DNA of 64,000 bases from Elusimicrobia bacterium GWB2_63_22 (GTDB lineage Bacteria > Elusimicrobiota > Elusimicrobia > Elusimicrobiales > UBA9959): contig MGUA01000012.1 in NCBI GenBank assembly GCA_001799735.1, positions 97,108-161,107 of the forward strand, written 5' to 3'. Positions within the stretch are counted from its first letter, which is position 1, and every line of letters begins with the position of its first letter. Below the pieces are notes generated by a model. It was not told the DNA's origin. It searched no databases and worked only from the letters and a program-made list of their open reading frames with translations. Shown in pieces: positions 62,817 through 64,000 of this stretch. Made by a program: the position numbers and the translations under genes.

Positions 62817-64000
62817 ATGATAGCGCGAACGATGATGGCGGCGCTGCTTTTGCTGGCGCAAACAGCCGCCGCGGGGACTAAAAGCGCCGGAAACCTGGCC
62901 GTGCTCGGGGACTCCCACGAATTTTCTTCGGGGAGCCTGGGCCTGGCGGGGGGGCTTTATTCCCTGGACGGGGCCATCCCCGGCATAGCTCACGACGTTT
63001 CAGCGCCGGGCGTAACCGTCCTCGAGTCCGGCTTCTACTCGCGCCTGGTCTCTACGCCGGCCGCTCCCGGCTACGGTACCGTCTCCACCGCCGCCTACGC
63101 GCTGGGCTGGACCGGCAGCGGCGCGCCGGTAAGCAACCCCGCCGGTACCACCTACGGCCTGGCCGTCTCCACCTGGGCCCAGGCCGAGCCCTACATGGCC
63201 TTCTATACCACCGGCGCCGACGGCTACCCGGTGGAAACCCTGGCGCCTAATGCCAGCTACTACAATTTTATCTACGCCAATTACATGGACGGGGACTATT
63301 CCGGCCTCGCCTCCACTACCGCCGTCACCTACGCCGCCGTGCCTTCCTCCTGGTCGTTCACCTTCTCGGACGCCGGGCATAACACGGTCAGCCTCTCTTT
63401 CTCGGATTTCGAGAATACCCCGCCGTACACGGGGTCCGGCTGGGGGGAACTGACCGCCTCTTCGCTGGCCGCCGCCGGCTACGGGCAGGCCTCGGTGGTC
63501 TACGGCTCCCACGTTTTCATCTCGGGCGGCTTTAACGGCGTGTCTTTCTCCAGCGCGGTCTACCGCGCCTCGCTGGCCCCGGCTACCGGCCTGTCGGCCT
63601 GGGCGAGCGCCGGCTATATGCCCGCCGCTCGCTACGGCCACCAACTGGTCGCCGCCCGCGGGCGCCTGTACCTGCTGGGCGGCTACGATTCCGCCGGCTC
63701 CCACGCCGAGGTCTGGTCCGCCGACGTTTCCACCGCCGGCGAGCTGGGCGCCTGGACGCCCGAGACGTCCCTGCCCGAGCCCGTCTATTTCCACGCGGCC
63801 GTAGTGGCCGCGGACCGCATAATCGTTTCCGGCGGCTACCGCAGCGGCGTCGGCGTGCTGTCCGCGGTATACGCCAACCGGCCCTATGACGACGGTTCGC
63901 TGCAGGGCACCTGGGCGATCTCCGACCCGCTGCCTTCCCCCAGGTATTCCCACGGCATGACCCTGGCCGGCGGGCGCAGGCTCTACGTCACCGGCGGCCG
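62817..64000 (+). CDS. Exported Kelch-repeat (beta-propeller) protein, N-terminal 394 aa (continues past the right window edge)
   Basis: Not in the track (no stop in the window). Manual translation from ATG 62817: MIARTMMAALLLLAQTAAAGTKSAG... (signal peptide), later ...SHVFISGGFNGVSFSSAVYRA...ARYGHQLVAARGRLYLLGGYDSAGSHAEVWSA...VYFHAAVVAADRIIVSGGYRS...PRYSHGMTLAGGRRLYVTGG. These are repeated Kelch-type blades. Starts 43 nt after the giant gene. Confidence 0.7.
   Translation, partial: MIARTMMAALLLLAQTAAAGTKSAGNLAVLGDSHEFSSGSLGLAGGLYSLDGAIPGIAHDVSAPGVTVLESGFYSRLVSTPAAPGYGTVSTAAYALGWTGSGAPVSNPAGTTYGLAVSTWAQAEPYMAFYTTGADGYPVETLAPNASYYNFIYANYMDGDYSGLASTTAVTYAAVPSSWSFTFSDAGHNTVSLSFSDFENTPPYTGSGWGELTASSLAAAGYGQASVVYGSHVFISGGFNGVSFSSAVYRASLAPATGLSAWASAGYMPAARYGHQLVAARGRLYLLGGYDSAGSHAEVWSADVSTAGELGAWTPETSLPEPVYFHAAVVAADRIIVSGGYRSGVGVLSAVYANRPYDDGSLQGTWAISDPLPSPRYSHGMTLAGGRRLYVTGG

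Noticed and set aside
55006-63953. Several long minus-strand or off-frame ORFs (302, 559, 368, 509, 317 aa etc.) within the giant fibre and Kelch genes
   Set aside because: They are products of repetitive GC-rich coding sequence on the opposite strand or frame (G/R/A/P/H-rich), overlap each other, and have no independent start signals.

Overview
GC-rich, densely coded bacterial chromosomal window with about 45 credible protein genes on both strands. I saw no rRNA, tRNA, CRISPR array, transposase, integrase or prophage backbone. Because of the GC bias, almost every real gene is shadowed by long antisense or off-frame ORFs in the supplied track (R/G/A/P-rich translations). I rejected those. No similarity search was possible, so all family calls rest on motifs I can read in the translations.

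Backbone genes: a dtxR-feoAB-MFS iron operon, a beta-hydroxyacid dehydrogenase, RluE, RNase D, a YgiQ radical-SAM protein, ornithine aminotransferase, an EamA transporter, MurB, a 1991-aa thioester alpha-2-macroglobulin, GT4, NupC, LepB, GH3, a VWA protein, ApbE, an MFS transporter, RluA, a thioredoxin-fold PDO, an M1-M28-PDZ fusion peptidase, phosphopentomutase, a DUF4015-like hydrolase, pullulanase and a LUD protein.

Most interesting content:
1. Two paralogous islands (18.9-24.3 kb and 46.3 to beyond 64 kb). In each, a giant secreted protein carrying a T9SS/FlgD-Ig-type C-terminal domain sits beside its own PorV/PorQ-like outer-membrane barrel and an accessory protein with a shared beta-sandwich domain. 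No T9SS core genes occur in the window.
2. The second island continues into a 2707-aa signal-peptide protein built from phage-tail-fibre-like and YadA-head-like repeats, then a Kelch-repeat protein.
3. A ~115-nt intergenic hairpin element is present twice, 22 kb apart. The two copies share an identical 56-nt core. Their closing stems differ in sequence but are fully compensated, and the only non-Watson-Crick positions are G-U pairs on the + strand. This pattern suggests a structured RNA or a palindromic repeat family.
4. A related, heavily hairpinned 367-bp noncoding gap follows rnd.

Taxonomy cannot be assigned from the sequence. AAGGAG-type ribosome-binding sites together with PorV/CTD genes hint at a non-Bacteroidota lineage, but that is speculation.
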